A DNA stretch of 64,000 nt from Dehalococcoidia bacterium (GCA_965200085.1 OZ241333.1:43391-107390), one strand, 5' to 3'. Positions 10,495 through 21,251 are shown, counted from the stretch's first letter. Program-made: numbers and translations. The notes: generated by a model from the sequence alone, not told the origin.

Positions 10495-11591
10495 ATGGAC
10501 AAAGTAGGACTAGCCGTAATCGGTTCCACGGGTATCATCGGCAGAGTGCATATCAAGGCTATCCAAGAGCTGCAAAGCTGCCGTCTGGTAGGTATCAATG
10601 CGCGGCGTCAGGAGCCGCTGCGAGAGCAAGCCGCTGAGCTAAACACGAGACTCTACCCCACTCTGGACGATGCGCTGGGCGATGAAGAGGTGGACGCTGT
10701 CGTCATCGCAACGCCCCACCCGTCGCACATGGAGATAACGACCCGCGCAGCCGCAGCCGGCAAGCATGTGCTTGCTGAGAAGCCGCTGGGGGTTACGCCT
10801 TCTGAGGCGGAGGCACAAATAGCAGCTTGCCGCGAAGCGGGAGTGAAGCTGGGCGTGCTGTTCAACAACCGCTTCCGACCGGAAGCGCAGAAGATGCGGC
10901 AGATTGTGGACGATGGGATAATCGGTGAGATATACCGCTCCGAAATGTCATCGGCGATGCTCCGCAGTCAGGACTATTATGACCGGCGGACTGGCGCGGC
11001 AGATGGGACACCGAAGGCGGCGGCGCGCTGCTGAACCAGGGTATTCACGGCATCGACCTTTACCAATGGCTCGCGAGCCTGCCTGATACCGTATTCGGCA
11101 TGACGGCAGCCTTGAAACACAGCATCGAGGTTGAGGACTATGCCACTGCGCTGCTGATGTATGCGAACGGCGGGCACGGGGTGCTACATTGCAGCACCGC
11201 GCAGGCGCCCAACCAGCAGCGTCTGACGCTGTGGGGCGAACGCGGCGCGCTCATAATGGAGGATTGGCGCATCACGCTGAAAACGCTGGAAACACCCGTG
11301 CAGCAGTTCATAGATACCGACAAGACTGTTGCATTTGTCAGCCCTTCGGACACGACGGCAACCTTCGAGTTCGAGGCGGTGGGCAGCACACACGTACCCG
11401 CGATCGATGACTTCGCGCGCGCGATACAGGAGGGACGCGAACCCGCTGTTACAGGCGAGGACGCGCTGCGTTCTCAGGAATTAGTTGCGGCAATAACACT
11501 GAGCGCCTTTCGCGGCGAGCAGGTGCGGCTGCCGGTTGACCGCGCAGAGTACGACGCGCTGTTAGCGGGGCTGCAGCGAAGGGGCAGGTAG
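10495..11591 (+). pseudogene. Gfo/Idh/MocA oxidoreductase with a frameshift (1-nt deletion) near 10987; pseudogene or sequencing error
   Basis: N half has GST GIIG, IATPHPSH, KHVLAEKP; after GACCGGCG the shifted frame reads DWRGRWDTEGGGALLNQGIHGID and joins ORF 11100..11591. Confidence 0.88.
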
Positions 11592-12257
11592 GCTGCTATT
11601 GCGCCCGCTGCGTGTTTCTTCTGAGACGAGTTCCAATATTTCTTGCTTGTTCAGCTCGAAGGGGGTGTAGGAGCCAGCAGGCAGCACGCCCCACAGATTC
11701 TTGTAGCTATCAACGGCAACGGCTTTGAACTGAAGTCTGCCGGTGCCCTGCTCTATTTGCGCTACACCGGGGCGTCCGACATAAGCCCAGACAACATCTC
11801 CATATCTGCTTTCGAAGCCATATATATCGGTGATTTTTCTGAGGAATATCACATAGTCCTCACCTTTGGAGAGTTTCACTCTTTCTATTTTAGATTTGCC
11901 CCAACCCCAATTATATGATTCAGCCGTTTCAATCACCACGAAAGTCATATCACCGATTCGCGCGTGTCCTTTCAGCGCCTCGATATTCTGAAACTTCAGG
12001 ACAGACAGCGTGAGTTCTCCAAGCACGGCGCCATCATAAGCATTCGTCAGGTCAACCACATGAGAATCCTCATCAAGATATTTTGCGAACACGATGCTAT
12101 CGGATTCATTCACCAAACTCTTTGAGTGGGTATAGTTCCGTGCCTCACCGTGGGAAGTAACTGTGCATGCGGCTTCTAAAAAAATTAAAAACAGGCCGAC
12201 CAAAACACCCGCAAGCAGTATTGCACAGAGGGTAACACGCAATTCCCTCAATACCAT
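11562..12257 (-). CDS. Hypothetical exported/membrane-anchored protein
   Basis: 231-aa ORF with an N-terminal hydrophobic helix. Confidence 0.6.
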   Translation of the reverse strand: MVLRELRVTLCAILLAGVLVGLFLIFLEAACTVTSHGEARNYTHSKSLVNESDSIVFAKYLDEDSHVVDLTNAYDGAVLGELTLSVLKFQNIEALKGHARIGDMTFVVIETAESYNWGWGKSKIERVKLSKGEDYVIFLRKITDIYGFESRYGDVVWAYVGRPGVAQIEQGTGRLQFKAVAVDSYKNLWGVLPAGSYTPFELNKQEILELVSEETRSGRNSSLPAPSLQPR

Positions 12258-12356
12258 CTCAAAATTCCTTTACTATTTGAACGATTATAAGTATATGCAA
12301 ATAATGGAATTCAGAGGAAACAGCAGAGTAATGAGCAGAAAGATGATGCAATCGAT

Positions 12357-13205
12357 ATGAAACTGAAAGACATACCTGCTCGTCAGCTTCCGCCCGAACC
12401 ATGGTCGGAGGGGGACAACATCCCCTGGCACGAACCCTGCTTCAGCCGCCGTATGCTGCGTGAGCATATCAGCCAGTCGCATGATATGGCTAGCCGCCGT
12501 TATAAGAAGATAGACGAGCATGTGGACTGGATTAATCACAATGTGTTGTCTGCCAAACCGTGCAAGATTCTCGATCTCGCTTGCGGACCGGGTTTGTACA
12601 CGAACAGGCTCGCTAAACTTGGGCATCACTGCGTAGGTATCGATTTCTCTCCGGCATCGATAGATTATGCGAGAAAGCATGCCATCAGCGAGAATCTGTC
12701 GTGTGCATACACCCACGCAGACATACGCTCTGCTGAATACGGATCCGGCTTTGGGTTGGTCATGCTCATCTTCGGGGAGTTGAACGTCTTCAAGCCTTCG
12801 GACGCAAACCGAATTCTGAGAAAGGCGTACTATGCACTGGACAAAGGCGGTGCGCTGCTGCTGGAAGCGCACACCGGCGAGTCTGTGCGAAGGTTCGGTT
12901 CGCGCCCTGATTCGTGGTATTCGTCGGAAAGCGGCATATTCTCAGACTCGCCGCATCTGTGCCTTCAGGAGAACTTCTGGGATGAAGATGCCGGAGCCGT
13001 TACCCGCCGATACTTCATCGTTGACGCCGCGTCCGGAGAGGTGTCGCGCTATGCACAAAGCCTGAAGGCATATACGGCGGAGGAATACGTCGGGCTGTTG
13101 GAGAATACTGATTTTGACAGCAGGCATATCCGCTTCCACCCTTCCCTAACCGGAATAGAGGATGCGTCGCAGTCTGATCTTCTGGTGATCACAGCGCGGA
13201 AATGA
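12357..13205 (+). CDS. Class I SAM-dependent methyltransferase
   Basis: ILDLACGPG, VGIDFS motifs. Confidence 0.9.
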   Translation: MKLKDIPARQLPPEPWSEGDNIPWHEPCFSRRMLREHISQSHDMASRRYKKIDEHVDWINHNVLSAKPCKILDLACGPGLYTNRLAKLGHHCVGIDFSPASIDYARKHAISENLSCAYTHADIRSAEYGSGFGLVMLIFGELNVFKPSDANRILRKAYYALDKGGALLLEAHTGESVRRFGSRPDSWYSSESGIFSDSPHLCLQENFWDEDAGAVTRRYFIVDAASGEVSRYAQSLKAYTAEEYVGLLENTDFDSRHIRFHPSLTGIEDASQSDLLVITARK

Positions 13206-13371
13206 GCCTTTGGAACATTGTGGAACATGGCTGTGAATATCAATTTACCCGCCCCTGAGAAAAAAACCGATTAACTCAAGAACGGGTAATATGTATGGAG
13301 ACTTCAAGTACATGTCCTACATGTCCCCAAGTCGCTCATAAACTCTGCGACGCTTGCGGCTGTTCCCTAGG

Positions 13372-13692
13372 CTACTCCTGCATCTTGCCGGGAGTTAGCA
13401 GCTCCAAGAACTCGATGTAGCTGTCCTCGATGTAGGGGCGGTATGCAGCGCCCGCTTCATACGCGGCTGGCGGGATATTGTTGCCTTCGCGCGACGGGGA
13501 CTGGAAAGCGTGAGTCGTCCACTCCAATATGACGATGTTCTGCTCGCCGGGACACGTCCTGTCATTGTACGCGACCCTGAACTCCTCACGATGACCGGCG
13601 TCGTGGTATATCTGCACCTGCTTATGCACGAGAGTTGCCACACGGCGCGCCTCTCCGGGCTTGGTTTTATAGACCCGCCTGACTAGGTACAT
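13372..13692 (-). CDS. Small dimeric alpha/beta-barrel (NIPSNAP-like) protein, tandem copy 2
   Basis: Near-identical to 13787..14107; GGGAG SD upstream; fold call is by pattern only. Confidence 0.7.
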   Translation of the reverse strand: MYLVRRVYKTKPGEARRVATLVHKQVQIYHDAGHREEFRVAYNDRTCPGEQNIVILEWTTHAFQSPSREGNNIPPAAYEAGAAYRPYIEDSYIEFLELLTPGKMQE

Positions 13693-13786
13693 TCGGTTTC
13701 TCCCTTCGATCAGTTGTCAGTTTCTAGTTATCAGTTCACTCAGAGTAAGGCGAAGTCGAAACTCGCGGGAAACGGTTCCGTAATCC

Positions 13787-14107
13787 CTACTCCTGCATCT
13801 TGCTGGGAGTTAGAAGCTCCCAGAACTCGATGTAGGTGCCCTCAATGTATGGCTGGAATGCAGCGCCTGCTCGCATCGCGGAGGGCGGCATGACGTTGTC
13901 TTCACGGTACGGGGACTGGAAAGCGTGAGTCGTCCACTCCAATATGACGATGTTCTGTTCGCCGGGGCAGGTGCGGTCATTGTACGCGATCCTGAACTCC
14001 TCACGATGACCTTCGTCGTGAAATATCTGCACCTGCTTATGCACGAGAGTTGCCACGCGGCGCGCCTCTCCGGGCTTGGTCTTAAAAACACGCCTGACTA
14101 GGTACAT
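13787..14107 (-). CDS. Small dimeric alpha/beta-barrel (NIPSNAP-like) protein, tandem copy 1
   Basis: MYLVRRVFKTKPGEARRVA...NIVILEW; paralog of the adjacent gene. Confidence 0.7.
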   Translation of the reverse strand: MYLVRRVFKTKPGEARRVATLVHKQVQIFHDEGHREEFRIAYNDRTCPGEQNIVILEWTTHAFQSPYREDNVMPPSAMRAGAAFQPYIEGTYIEFWELLTPSKMQE

Positions 14108-14132
14108 TCGGTTTTCTCCCTTCGATCGGTTG

Positions 14133-14624
14133 TCAGTTTTTAGTTGTCAGTGCGAGGAACTGCGCTTGTACTTGCTCTGCGCTGACGGTCGTTTGCAATT
14201 CACCGTTGGCGTCGATGCCGAAGTTGTCCGGCGTGTGCAGCGCTTCGATCAGTGCGTCAACAATGGTCGTCATTTCGATGTCGGACTTATCGCCTGCCAG
14301 CGCCGCTGCGGTTGCGTCGGATCCGCTTGCCAGCAGTTGTGGTATCACTTCAAGCAGCAGTTCGCGCTCCACGACTGCGCGCTGTATGTCCGCGAGCGCA
14401 TTCATGTGCCGCCCTAGGTAGCAGCCGCCGTATGTGAGAACCTCGAACTTCTCGCCTGCAAGCTCGGTGGTGTACTGCCGGCGCGGCTCCAGATGACGCT
14501 CTTCTAGGTAGCGACGTATGTCAGCATCTTCGGGATGTGGTTCTTCCTCCTTGAAGAACATTATCACCGTGTGCATGTTCCAGTCTTTTGGCTCGATTCT
14601 TATAATCATGGCAGTATCATACAC
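14133..14624 (-). CDS. Hypothetical protein
   Basis: 163-aa ORF, tightly spaced and co-oriented with neighbours. Confidence 0.7.
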   Translation of the reverse strand: MYDTAMIIRIEPKDWNMHTVIMFFKEEEPHPEDADIRRYLEERHLEPRRQYTTELAGEKFEVLTYGGCYLGRHMNALADIQRAVVERELLLEVIPQLLASGSDATAAALAGDKSDIEMTTIVDALIEALHTPDNFGIDANGELQTTVSAEQVQAQFLALTTKN

Positions 14625-14649
14625 TTTTCGGCTTCAGTCTGCCAAATTA

Positions 14650-14943
14650 TCATAAATTATCATCAAGCCACTTGTTCGCTTCTGCTTCTGCGCGCGGCTC
14701 GAAACCCTTAGCTAGGAAAGGGAAGGGCAGATCTAGGTAGAAGTGGCTGTCGGTTACGGCAAGCGTGCCTTGGAAGCTCACCAGCCCTGACGCTCTAAAT
14801 GCGAATACCAGTGTATCGTCGAGCCAAGAGTGAGACACATTGGATACAGAGCCTCCGAACTGATGGAGCATCTCGGTGATTTTATCGTCCACCCATGCCT
14901 TAGCTTGCTGCTTCGTGAAGTTGTGCTTTCTGACGATTTGCAT
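14650..14943 (-). CDS. Polyhydroxyalkanoic acid system family (PHA_gran_rgn-like) protein
   Basis: I.RKH..T...AK, W.DDTL.F, G.L.V......LDLPF pattern; 97 aa. Confidence 0.65.
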   Translation of the reverse strand: MQIVRKHNFTKQQAKAWVDDKITEMLHQFGGSVSNVSHSWLDDTLVFAFRASGLVSFQGTLAVTDSHFYLDLPFPFLAKGFEPRAEAEANKWLDDNL

Positions 14944-15121
14944 ATTTCCGTTCTGTCCGCCGGTTAGGATATATCAGTCTGTTCTTGATATGGCAGCGCG
15001 TAGGGCTGCGAAACTCTGCATATTATACCTTATGCCCCGCTGTACCCGCATTCAGTAGGATAGAATGATATTACAATACTGCCTGAACAAGCGAGCAGAT
15101 GAAATAGATAGCGTGGAGACA

Positions 15122-17092
15122 ATGATGGACAACAAAATCACAGCGCCTTATGGTTCGTGGAAATCGCCTATAACTTCGGAACTAATAGTCGCGGACAGCA
15201 TCAGCATTGGCGATGTCATGCTGCACGGCAATGATATTTACTGGACTGAGATGCGCCCGTCCGACAATGCGCGCAGTGTGATTGTGCGACGCACACCCGA
15301 CGGGACTATACAGGACATTACGCCGGCGGGGTACAGCGCACGCACACGCGTGCATGAGTATGGCGGCGGCGCGTTTTGTGCAGCCGGGCAAATCGACGGG
15401 GACAGCACGGTTTATTTCAGCAATTTCGGCGATCAGCGTTTGTATAAACAGACGATTTCGGCAGCAGGAGCGGTGAGCGCGCCGCAGCCTGTTACGCCTG
15501 ATATTGACATGCGCTACGCCGACGGCGAAATCTGCGCGCGGCGCGGAATGATGATTTGTGTGCGGGAAGATCATTCGTCCTCATGGCGTGAAGCAGTGAA
15601 CAGTATTGTCGCCATTGACCTTGAGCGCGGCGGCAGCAGAGTGCTCGTATCAGGCGCGTCCTTCTATTCCAGTCCACGCATCAGTCCGGACGGCTCGACT
15701 CTGGCTTGGCTGTCTTGGAATCATCCGAACATGCCTTGGGACGGCTGCGAGTTATGGATCGCCGAACTCCATGAGAACGGCAGGCTGGGCGAACCGCGTC
15801 TTGTGGCAGGCAGCGCGGACGAATCCATATTCCAGCCGTCTTGGTCGCCTTCAGGCATACTTCACTTCGTATCAGACCGCACGGGCTGGTGGAACATATA
15901 TCGCTGCGCCGCGGACTTTGGCAGTGCGGTTCAGGTGTGCGCTGCGGAGGCGGAGTTTGGCAGACCCGCGTGGGTGTTTGGGCTGAGCACTTACGGCTTC
16001 GCATCGGACGAGCGCATCATCTGCGCATATACGCAGGGAGGCGAATGGCATATTGGGGACATCGATACTACAAGCGGGACGCTGAACACTGTGCCCACGC
16101 CCTTCACAAACATAGGCACGCTGCACGTTACGCCGCGCCAAGTGGCGTTCACCGCCGGCTCTGCCGATATGCCTATGTCTCTGATGCGACACGACCTGAC
16201 TGACAGCAGCACAACGCGGCTTCGCAGCAGCAGCGAAGCCGCGCTTGACGCGGGCTATATCTCGCGCCCACAGGCGATCGAGTTTCCGACCGGGAATGAC
16301 CTGACCGCGCACGCATTCTACTACCCGCCTGCTAACAGCGATTACGCTGCCCCCACAAACGAGAAACCGCCGCTGATTGTCATCAGCCACGGGGGACCTA
16401 CCAGCGCGACTGATACCTCGCTCGACCTTCGCAAGCAGTTCTGGACAAGTCGGGGCTTTGCCGTGCTGGATGTGAACTACGGCGGCAGCAGCGGCTACGG
16501 CACAGCTTACCGGCGGAGGCTCAATGATAACTGGGGCGTGGTGGATGTGGAAGACTGCGTAAACGGGGCAAAGTATCTGGTGGCACAGGAGCTTGCGGAC
16601 GCAAACAGGCTTATTATTCGGGGCAGCAGCGCGGGCGGATTTACCACACTGCTTGCGCTCACCACCTGCGACACGTTCAGCGCGGGCGCGAGTTACTATG
16701 GCATCAGCGAGCTTGAGGCGCTTCTGCACGATACCCACAAGTTCGAATCACGCTATCTCGACACTCTGGTGGGAAGGTTCCCTGAGCATGAGGAGCGCTA
16801 CTATGAGCGTTCACCTATAAATCATATAGAAGGTTTGTCCGCGCCCATGATAGCGCTGCAAGGTCTCGATGACGAAATTGTTCCGCCTAATCAGGCGGAA
16901 CTCATGGTCAACGCACTGCGAGAGAAAGGGCTGCCTGTGGCATATCTGACATTCGAAGGCGAGCAGCACGGCTTTCGTCAAGCGGCGAACATAAGGCGCG
17001 CGCTGGAAGCGGAGCTGTACTTCTATTCGCGTGTGTTCGAATTTGCGCTGGCAGATGATATCGAACCTGTGCAAATCGACAATCTGTGCTAG
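15122..17092 (+). CDS. S9 family peptidase (prolyl oligopeptidase-like)
   Basis: APYGSWKSPIT, SHGGPT, GSSAGG nucleophile, QGLDDEIVPP, EGEQHGFR; GGAG SD before ATG 15122. Confidence 0.95.
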   Translation: MMDNKITAPYGSWKSPITSELIVADSISIGDVMLHGNDIYWTEMRPSDNARSVIVRRTPDGTIQDITPAGYSARTRVHEYGGGAFCAAGQIDGDSTVYFSNFGDQRLYKQTISAAGAVSAPQPVTPDIDMRYADGEICARRGMMICVREDHSSSWREAVNSIVAIDLERGGSRVLVSGASFYSSPRISPDGSTLAWLSWNHPNMPWDGCELWIAELHENGRLGEPRLVAGSADESIFQPSWSPSGILHFVSDRTGWWNIYRCAADFGSAVQVCAAEAEFGRPAWVFGLSTYGFASDERIICAYTQGGEWHIGDIDTTSGTLNTVPTPFTNIGTLHVTPRQVAFTAGSADMPMSLMRHDLTDSSTTRLRSSSEAALDAGYISRPQAIEFPTGNDLTAHAFYYPPANSDYAAPTNEKPPLIVISHGGPTSATDTSLDLRKQFWTSRGFAVLDVNYGGSSGYGTAYRRRLNDNWGVVDVEDCVNGAKYLVAQELADANRLIIRGSSAGGFTTLLALTTCDTFSAGASYYGISELEALLHDTHKFESRYLDTLVGRFPEHEERYYERSPINHIEGLSAPMIALQGLDDEIVPPNQAELMVNALREKGLPVAYLTFEGEQHGFRQAANIRRALEAELYFYSRVFEFALADDIEPVQIDNLC

Positions 17093-17103
17093 GGAGGCGG
17101 CTT

Positions 17104-17712
17104 ATGAGGGACAGGCTAGTTGGGTTACTGCTGCTGTTGGCGTTCGTAGCCTTTATATGGGTTGTGGACATAGTTAACGGGATGCTATTAGATCGCAGTC
17201 TAAACTCCTACGGGCTGCGTCCGCTCGCACTGCCCTATAGGGGACTAGCTAATTTGGATGTGAGTGTATCTTATTTTGCAGTCAGCCTCCGAGGCGTTCT
17301 GCTCAGCCCGATACTGCATGGAAGTGGGTCCCATCTGCTGTCCAACACACTGCCTCTGCTGCTGCTGGGGGGATTAGTGGCGCTGCGCGGCACTAAGACT
17401 ATCGTGGGCGTATCGCTGTTTGTGATTCTGCTTGGGGGCGCATTCGTTTGGCTCGTGGGACGCCCGGCAATCCACATAGGCGCGAGCGGCTTGGTGTTCG
17501 GGTACTTTGGCTATCTGGTGGCGCTGGGCTGGTATGAGAGGCGCGTCTTGTCTATATTAGTCGCGGTAGCTGTGCTGCTGCTGTACGGCGGAATAATTTT
17601 CGGTGTGCTGCCGCAGGGTGGTTTTGTTTCGTGGGAAGGGCACCTGTTTGGTTTGATAGCGGGAGTGATGGCTGCGCGTGGAGCAAAAGGTGAAGATGAA
17701 CAAGACGAGTAG
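17104..17712 (+). CDS. Rhomboid family intramembrane serine protease
   Basis: LHGS..HL.SN, HIGASG catalytic Ser, SWEGHLFG catalytic His. Confidence 0.93.
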   Translation: MRDRLVGLLLLLAFVAFIWVVDIVNGMLLDRSLNSYGLRPLALPYRGLANLDVSVSYFAVSLRGVLLSPILHGSGSHLLSNTLPLLLLGGLVALRGTKTIVGVSLFVILLGGAFVWLVGRPAIHIGASGLVFGYFGYLVALGWYERRVLSILVAVAVLLLYGGIIFGVLPQGGFVSWEGHLFGLIAGVMAARGAKGEDEQDE

Positions 17713-17963
17713 AGTGAGCAGACAGATCATACAGGATGCGGGTTCATCTAAATATCATCCATCGCACGTAATATATATGTAATATCCATTGTCACGACGA
17801 ATATATCGCGGCAAATAATCCGTCTTCGCTGACGGGCGCACTCTCAGTGAAGCTTCGCTTCGCAATGAACATCAGCCGATTTTTGTATCTGAGTCCGAAT
17901 GGCAGCCTTGCTGTTCAAAGCCTTACATTTGGCTTCCAGCAGGCGGCTTCCAGCAGTCAGCTT

Positions 17964-18167
17964 TCAGTAGGAATATACATAGAAAATATGCCCGCTTGGG
18001 CAGGTGATTCGCTCTTCCGCATCATTCTGCTCAAACCCGTCCGGATCAACTTCCAGATAGGGTATCTCGGTTACAACGAAGGCAGCGTCATCGTAGGGAA
18101 GGATGATTGCCGTAGGTTCGCCGCCTATCGGACAGGATATTATCTGAAAGCCCATTTCAAGCATCAT
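17964..18167 (-). CDS. Small hypothetical protein with CP..G / CPSGH motifs
   Basis: 67-aa ORF just downstream of lysS with AAAGG SD. Confidence 0.45.
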   Translation of the reverse strand: MMLEMGFQIISCPIGGEPTAIILPYDDAAFVVTEIPYLEVDPDGFEQNDAEERITCPSGHIFYVYSY

Positions 18168-18232
18168 TGCGGTTTGCCTTTCATTTGAGAGCTCGCGCGG
18201 CTTCTCGTATATATGATGTTGTCGCTTGCTTA

Positions 18233-19711
18233 TCAGCGCATCTGCGGGAACAGCACCACTTCGCGAATAGTCTTGTGGCCCGAGAACAGCATGGCTAATC
18301 GGTCGATGCCGATACCCAGCCCGCCCGTGGGGGGCATCCCGTGTTCGATCGCTACTAGAAAGTCTTCATCCAGCCTGTCGGTCTCCTCATCTGCGAACTG
18401 CGAGCGCAGCGCCTCCTGATCCTCGAAGCGCCGACGCTGGTCAACAGGATCATTCAATTCGGTGAAGGCGTTGCATATCTCCATGCCAGCCACGAAGCCC
18501 TCGAAGCGCTCCACTAGGCGCGGGTTGTCAGCCTTCTTCTTCGCAAGCGGAGACATCTCTACCGGATAGTCCACCAAGAAACAGGGCTGTCGCAGTGTAT
18601 CTTCCACGCGGGAGGATATGAGTTTGTCCATCAAGCCGGGCCAGCTCATCTGTTGGCGCACGTCTATGCCAATGTGCGCCATTGCGGACTTCATCGACTC
18701 TATATCAGGGTGTTCCAGAAAGTCTATGCCGCTGTGCTGCTGAATCTGATCAAGCAGGCTCAGCCTGGGCCAAGGCGGTGTGAAGTCTATGCGCTCGCCG
18801 TCGAACTCAACGACTGCCGTACCCAAGACCTCCATGGCTGCGCTGTACACCATCTGTTCGACCATCCGCATCACATCATTGTAGTCGGCAAAGGCTTCGT
18901 AGCTCTCCAACGATGTGAACTCTGGGTTATGCGTCAGATCCAGCCCCTCATTGCGGAAAATCTTGCCGATTTCATATACGCGTTCCAAGCCGCCGACAAT
19001 GAGACGCTTCAGATGTAATTCGGTCGCTATGCGAAGGTATAAATCCCTGCCGAGCATGTTATGGTGCGTTATGAATGGATGCGCCATACCCCCGGCTGCA
19101 ATGGGCACGAGGGTCGGCGTCTCAACTTCAAGGAAATCGCGCGCTTCCATGAAACGGCGAATGGAGCTAACGATACGGCTGCGCATCACGGCGACTCGGC
19201 GCGCATCCGGATTAGCGATGAGATCGAGGTAACGCTGTCGGAAACGAATCTCCACATCCTGCAAGCCGTGCCATTTTTCCGGCAGGGGGCGCAGTGATTT
19301 GCACAGCAGCGTGAACTCCTGCGCTTCTACCGTTACCTGCCCGGTGCGCGTGCGAAAGAGCGGTCCCTTCACGCCGAGCCAGTCTCCGATGTCCAAATCC
19401 CCAAGCATGTCGTATGTATCCGGGAGGGTGTTGCGGCGGAACATCACTTGGATTCGCCCGTCGCCGTCCAGCAGATCAGCAAACGATGCGCGTCCCATAC
19501 CGCGAAAGGCGACTATCCTGCCCGCGACCGATATTTCATCGGTTCGAGCGTTCTCCGGCTGCGCGGCTTCGGCTTGCGCGAACAGGTCTTCAGCCTGCGC
19601 GCTGGTATGCGTGCGCTTGTAGTTGTGCGGGTACGGCTCTACACCGCGCTGGCGTATGCGCTCCAGTTTTTCGAGCCGCATCTGAAATAGTTCGTTTTCC
19701 GGCTGGGTCAT
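18233..19711 (-). CDS. lysS: Lysine--tRNA ligase (class II)
   Basis: PLPEKWHGL, RQRYLDLI, FLEVETP, LYLRIATELHLKRL, FRNEG, HGMPPTGGLGIGIDRL. Confidence 0.99.
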   Translation of the reverse strand: MTQPENELFQMRLEKLERIRQRGVEPYPHNYKRTHTSAQAEDLFAQAEAAQPENARTDEISVAGRIVAFRGMGRASFADLLDGDGRIQVMFRRNTLPDTYDMLGDLDIGDWLGVKGPLFRTRTGQVTVEAQEFTLLCKSLRPLPEKWHGLQDVEIRFRQRYLDLIANPDARRVAVMRSRIVSSIRRFMEARDFLEVETPTLVPIAAGGMAHPFITHHNMLGRDLYLRIATELHLKRLIVGGLERVYEIGKIFRNEGLDLTHNPEFTSLESYEAFADYNDVMRMVEQMVYSAAMEVLGTAVVEFDGERIDFTPPWPRLSLLDQIQQHSGIDFLEHPDIESMKSAMAHIGIDVRQQMSWPGLMDKLISSRVEDTLRQPCFLVDYPVEMSPLAKKKADNPRLVERFEGFVAGMEICNAFTELNDPVDQRRRFEDQEALRSQFADEETDRLDEDFLVAIEHGMPPTGGLGIGIDRLAMLFSGHKTIREVVLFPQMR

Positions 19712-20096
19712 GACTTCTTCTCGCCCGTTTTGCCTATTCTGCCTATTCTGACTGATAAAAATGCCTGTCCCATTCTAACAGGAGCAGACTAATATGGACA
19801 TAGAAATGCGGCGCATCAGGGCTATTTTAGACGGGCTAATGCACCACATTTTCTTGTTCCTATGCGAGATTAAGGTAAATAGATATAAATCGCTTTCGGC
19901 TGTCCGCAATCTTTCATCAGAAACCCTAATACGAAACGCTGCTTGGCGGTCAGAACACAGTTCCAATCTTATTGCTAACAAATATACCAATACTTTCTCA
20001 AAAAGTGGTTAGAAAACACCTTTATCACAGAAAAATCCACATGCTAGGGTTGACGAAAGATTTGAAACAGAGGTATGCGCGAAGCGAGGTAAGCGG

Positions 20097-20660
20097 TTGA
20101 ACCTGCGTATAACGGGCGGCGAACACCGCGGACGCAGGTTCAGTGTGCCAAGAGGTTCGGATCTTAGACCAACATCGGACAGGGTCCGAAGCGCTGTTTT
20201 CTCAATTCTGGGAGCGGATGCGATACGAGGAGTTCGGGCGCTCGATCTGTATGCCGGCAGCGGAGCGCTAGGGTTTGAGGCACTCAGCAGAGGCGCTGCG
20301 AGCGTTGACTTTGTGGAATCGAACGGGCGACGGTGCAGATTTATTCGTCAGTCGCTAGAAGAGATGGGACTAAGCGAGCGAGGCAGCGTACACAATGGAA
20401 AGGTTGAGCGCATAATGGAATCGCTTGAAGGCAGCTACGGGCTGGTGTTCGCCGATCCGCCCTATGCGCTGGACAACTGGAACGAGCTGATGCGGACGAT
20501 GAACCGCGCGAGATTCTTAATCGAAGGCGGAATAGTAGTTGCGGAACATCGGCACAACACGGAGCTGTCGGAGGAATTTGGCAGGCTGGCTCTGTTGACG
20601 CGGCGGCGATACGGCGATACGGCTATATCTATGTATGAAGCCGGAGGAATGGATGGTTAG
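20097..20660 (+). CDS. rsmD: 16S rRNA (guanine966-N2)-methyltransferase
   Basis: RITGG..RGR, LRPTSDRVR, LDLYAGSGALG.EALSRGA, DPPY; upstream of coaD. Confidence 0.95.
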   Translation: MNLRITGGEHRGRRFSVPRGSDLRPTSDRVRSAVFSILGADAIRGVRALDLYAGSGALGFEALSRGAASVDFVESNGRRCRFIRQSLEEMGLSERGSVHNGKVERIMESLEGSYGLVFADPPYALDNWNELMRTMNRARFLIEGGIVVAEHRHNTELSEEFGRLALLTRRRYGDTAISMYEAGGMDG

Positions 20661-21156
20661 GGCACTTTATCCCGGTAGTTTTGACCCCGTCCATAACGGA
20701 CATGTGGACATAGCGACTAGGGCGTCGCACCTGTTTGATGAGCTTATTATCGGCGTGTATGACACTCCGCCAACGAAGTCTCTGCTGTTCACTACCGATG
20801 AGCGGGTGGACCTGTTCAGACGCTCAATACCACACTTGACAAATGTACAGGTAGTGCCTTTCACAGGGCTTGCGCCGGCAGTAGCGCGCCGTGTGGACGC
20901 AGAGTTTATTATCAGAGGGCTGCGCGCCGGCTTCGACTTTGAGATGGAATTCGAGATGGCGCTGATGTGGCGCAATATAGATCCGGGGATTGATGTAGTC
21001 TGCCTAATGACCGCTCTCGAAAATCAGTTTGTACATTCAAGCCGCATCAAAGAAGTGGCGCAGCTCGGTGGCAGAATCGAGAACCTCATTCCAGCGCCCG
21101 TGCTGCAGGCGCTGAACGAGAAGATGAATCTAAACTCGACAGTACGGGACGGCTAG
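20653..21156 (+). CDS. coaD: Phosphopantetheine adenylyltransferase
   Basis: YPGSFDPVHNGH, IRGLR..FDFE.E, SSRIKEVA. Confidence 0.97.
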   Translation: MVRALYPGSFDPVHNGHVDIATRASHLFDELIIGVYDTPPTKSLLFTTDERVDLFRRSIPHLTNVQVVPFTGLAPAVARRVDAEFIIRGLRAGFDFEMEFEMALMWRNIDPGIDVVCLMTALENQFVHSSRIKEVAQLGGRIENLIPAPVLQALNEKMNLNSTVRDG

Positions 21157-21251
21157 ACTGCTTCGGCGCATACGCCACCCGTAATATTCAACAAATCAAT
21201 TAGTTTTTGAACCGTCTGGCAAATCACACAATTTTAATAGAGGGAGGACAA

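Noticed and set aside
13740-13786. Riboswitch or ribozyme between the tandem genes
   Set aside because: GAAA-containing segments but no full consensus could be matched
17845-17966. UGA read-through of the small ORF 17964..18167
   Set aside because: No redox motif around the UGA and no SECIS-like hairpin at the spacing seen for the two accepted cases
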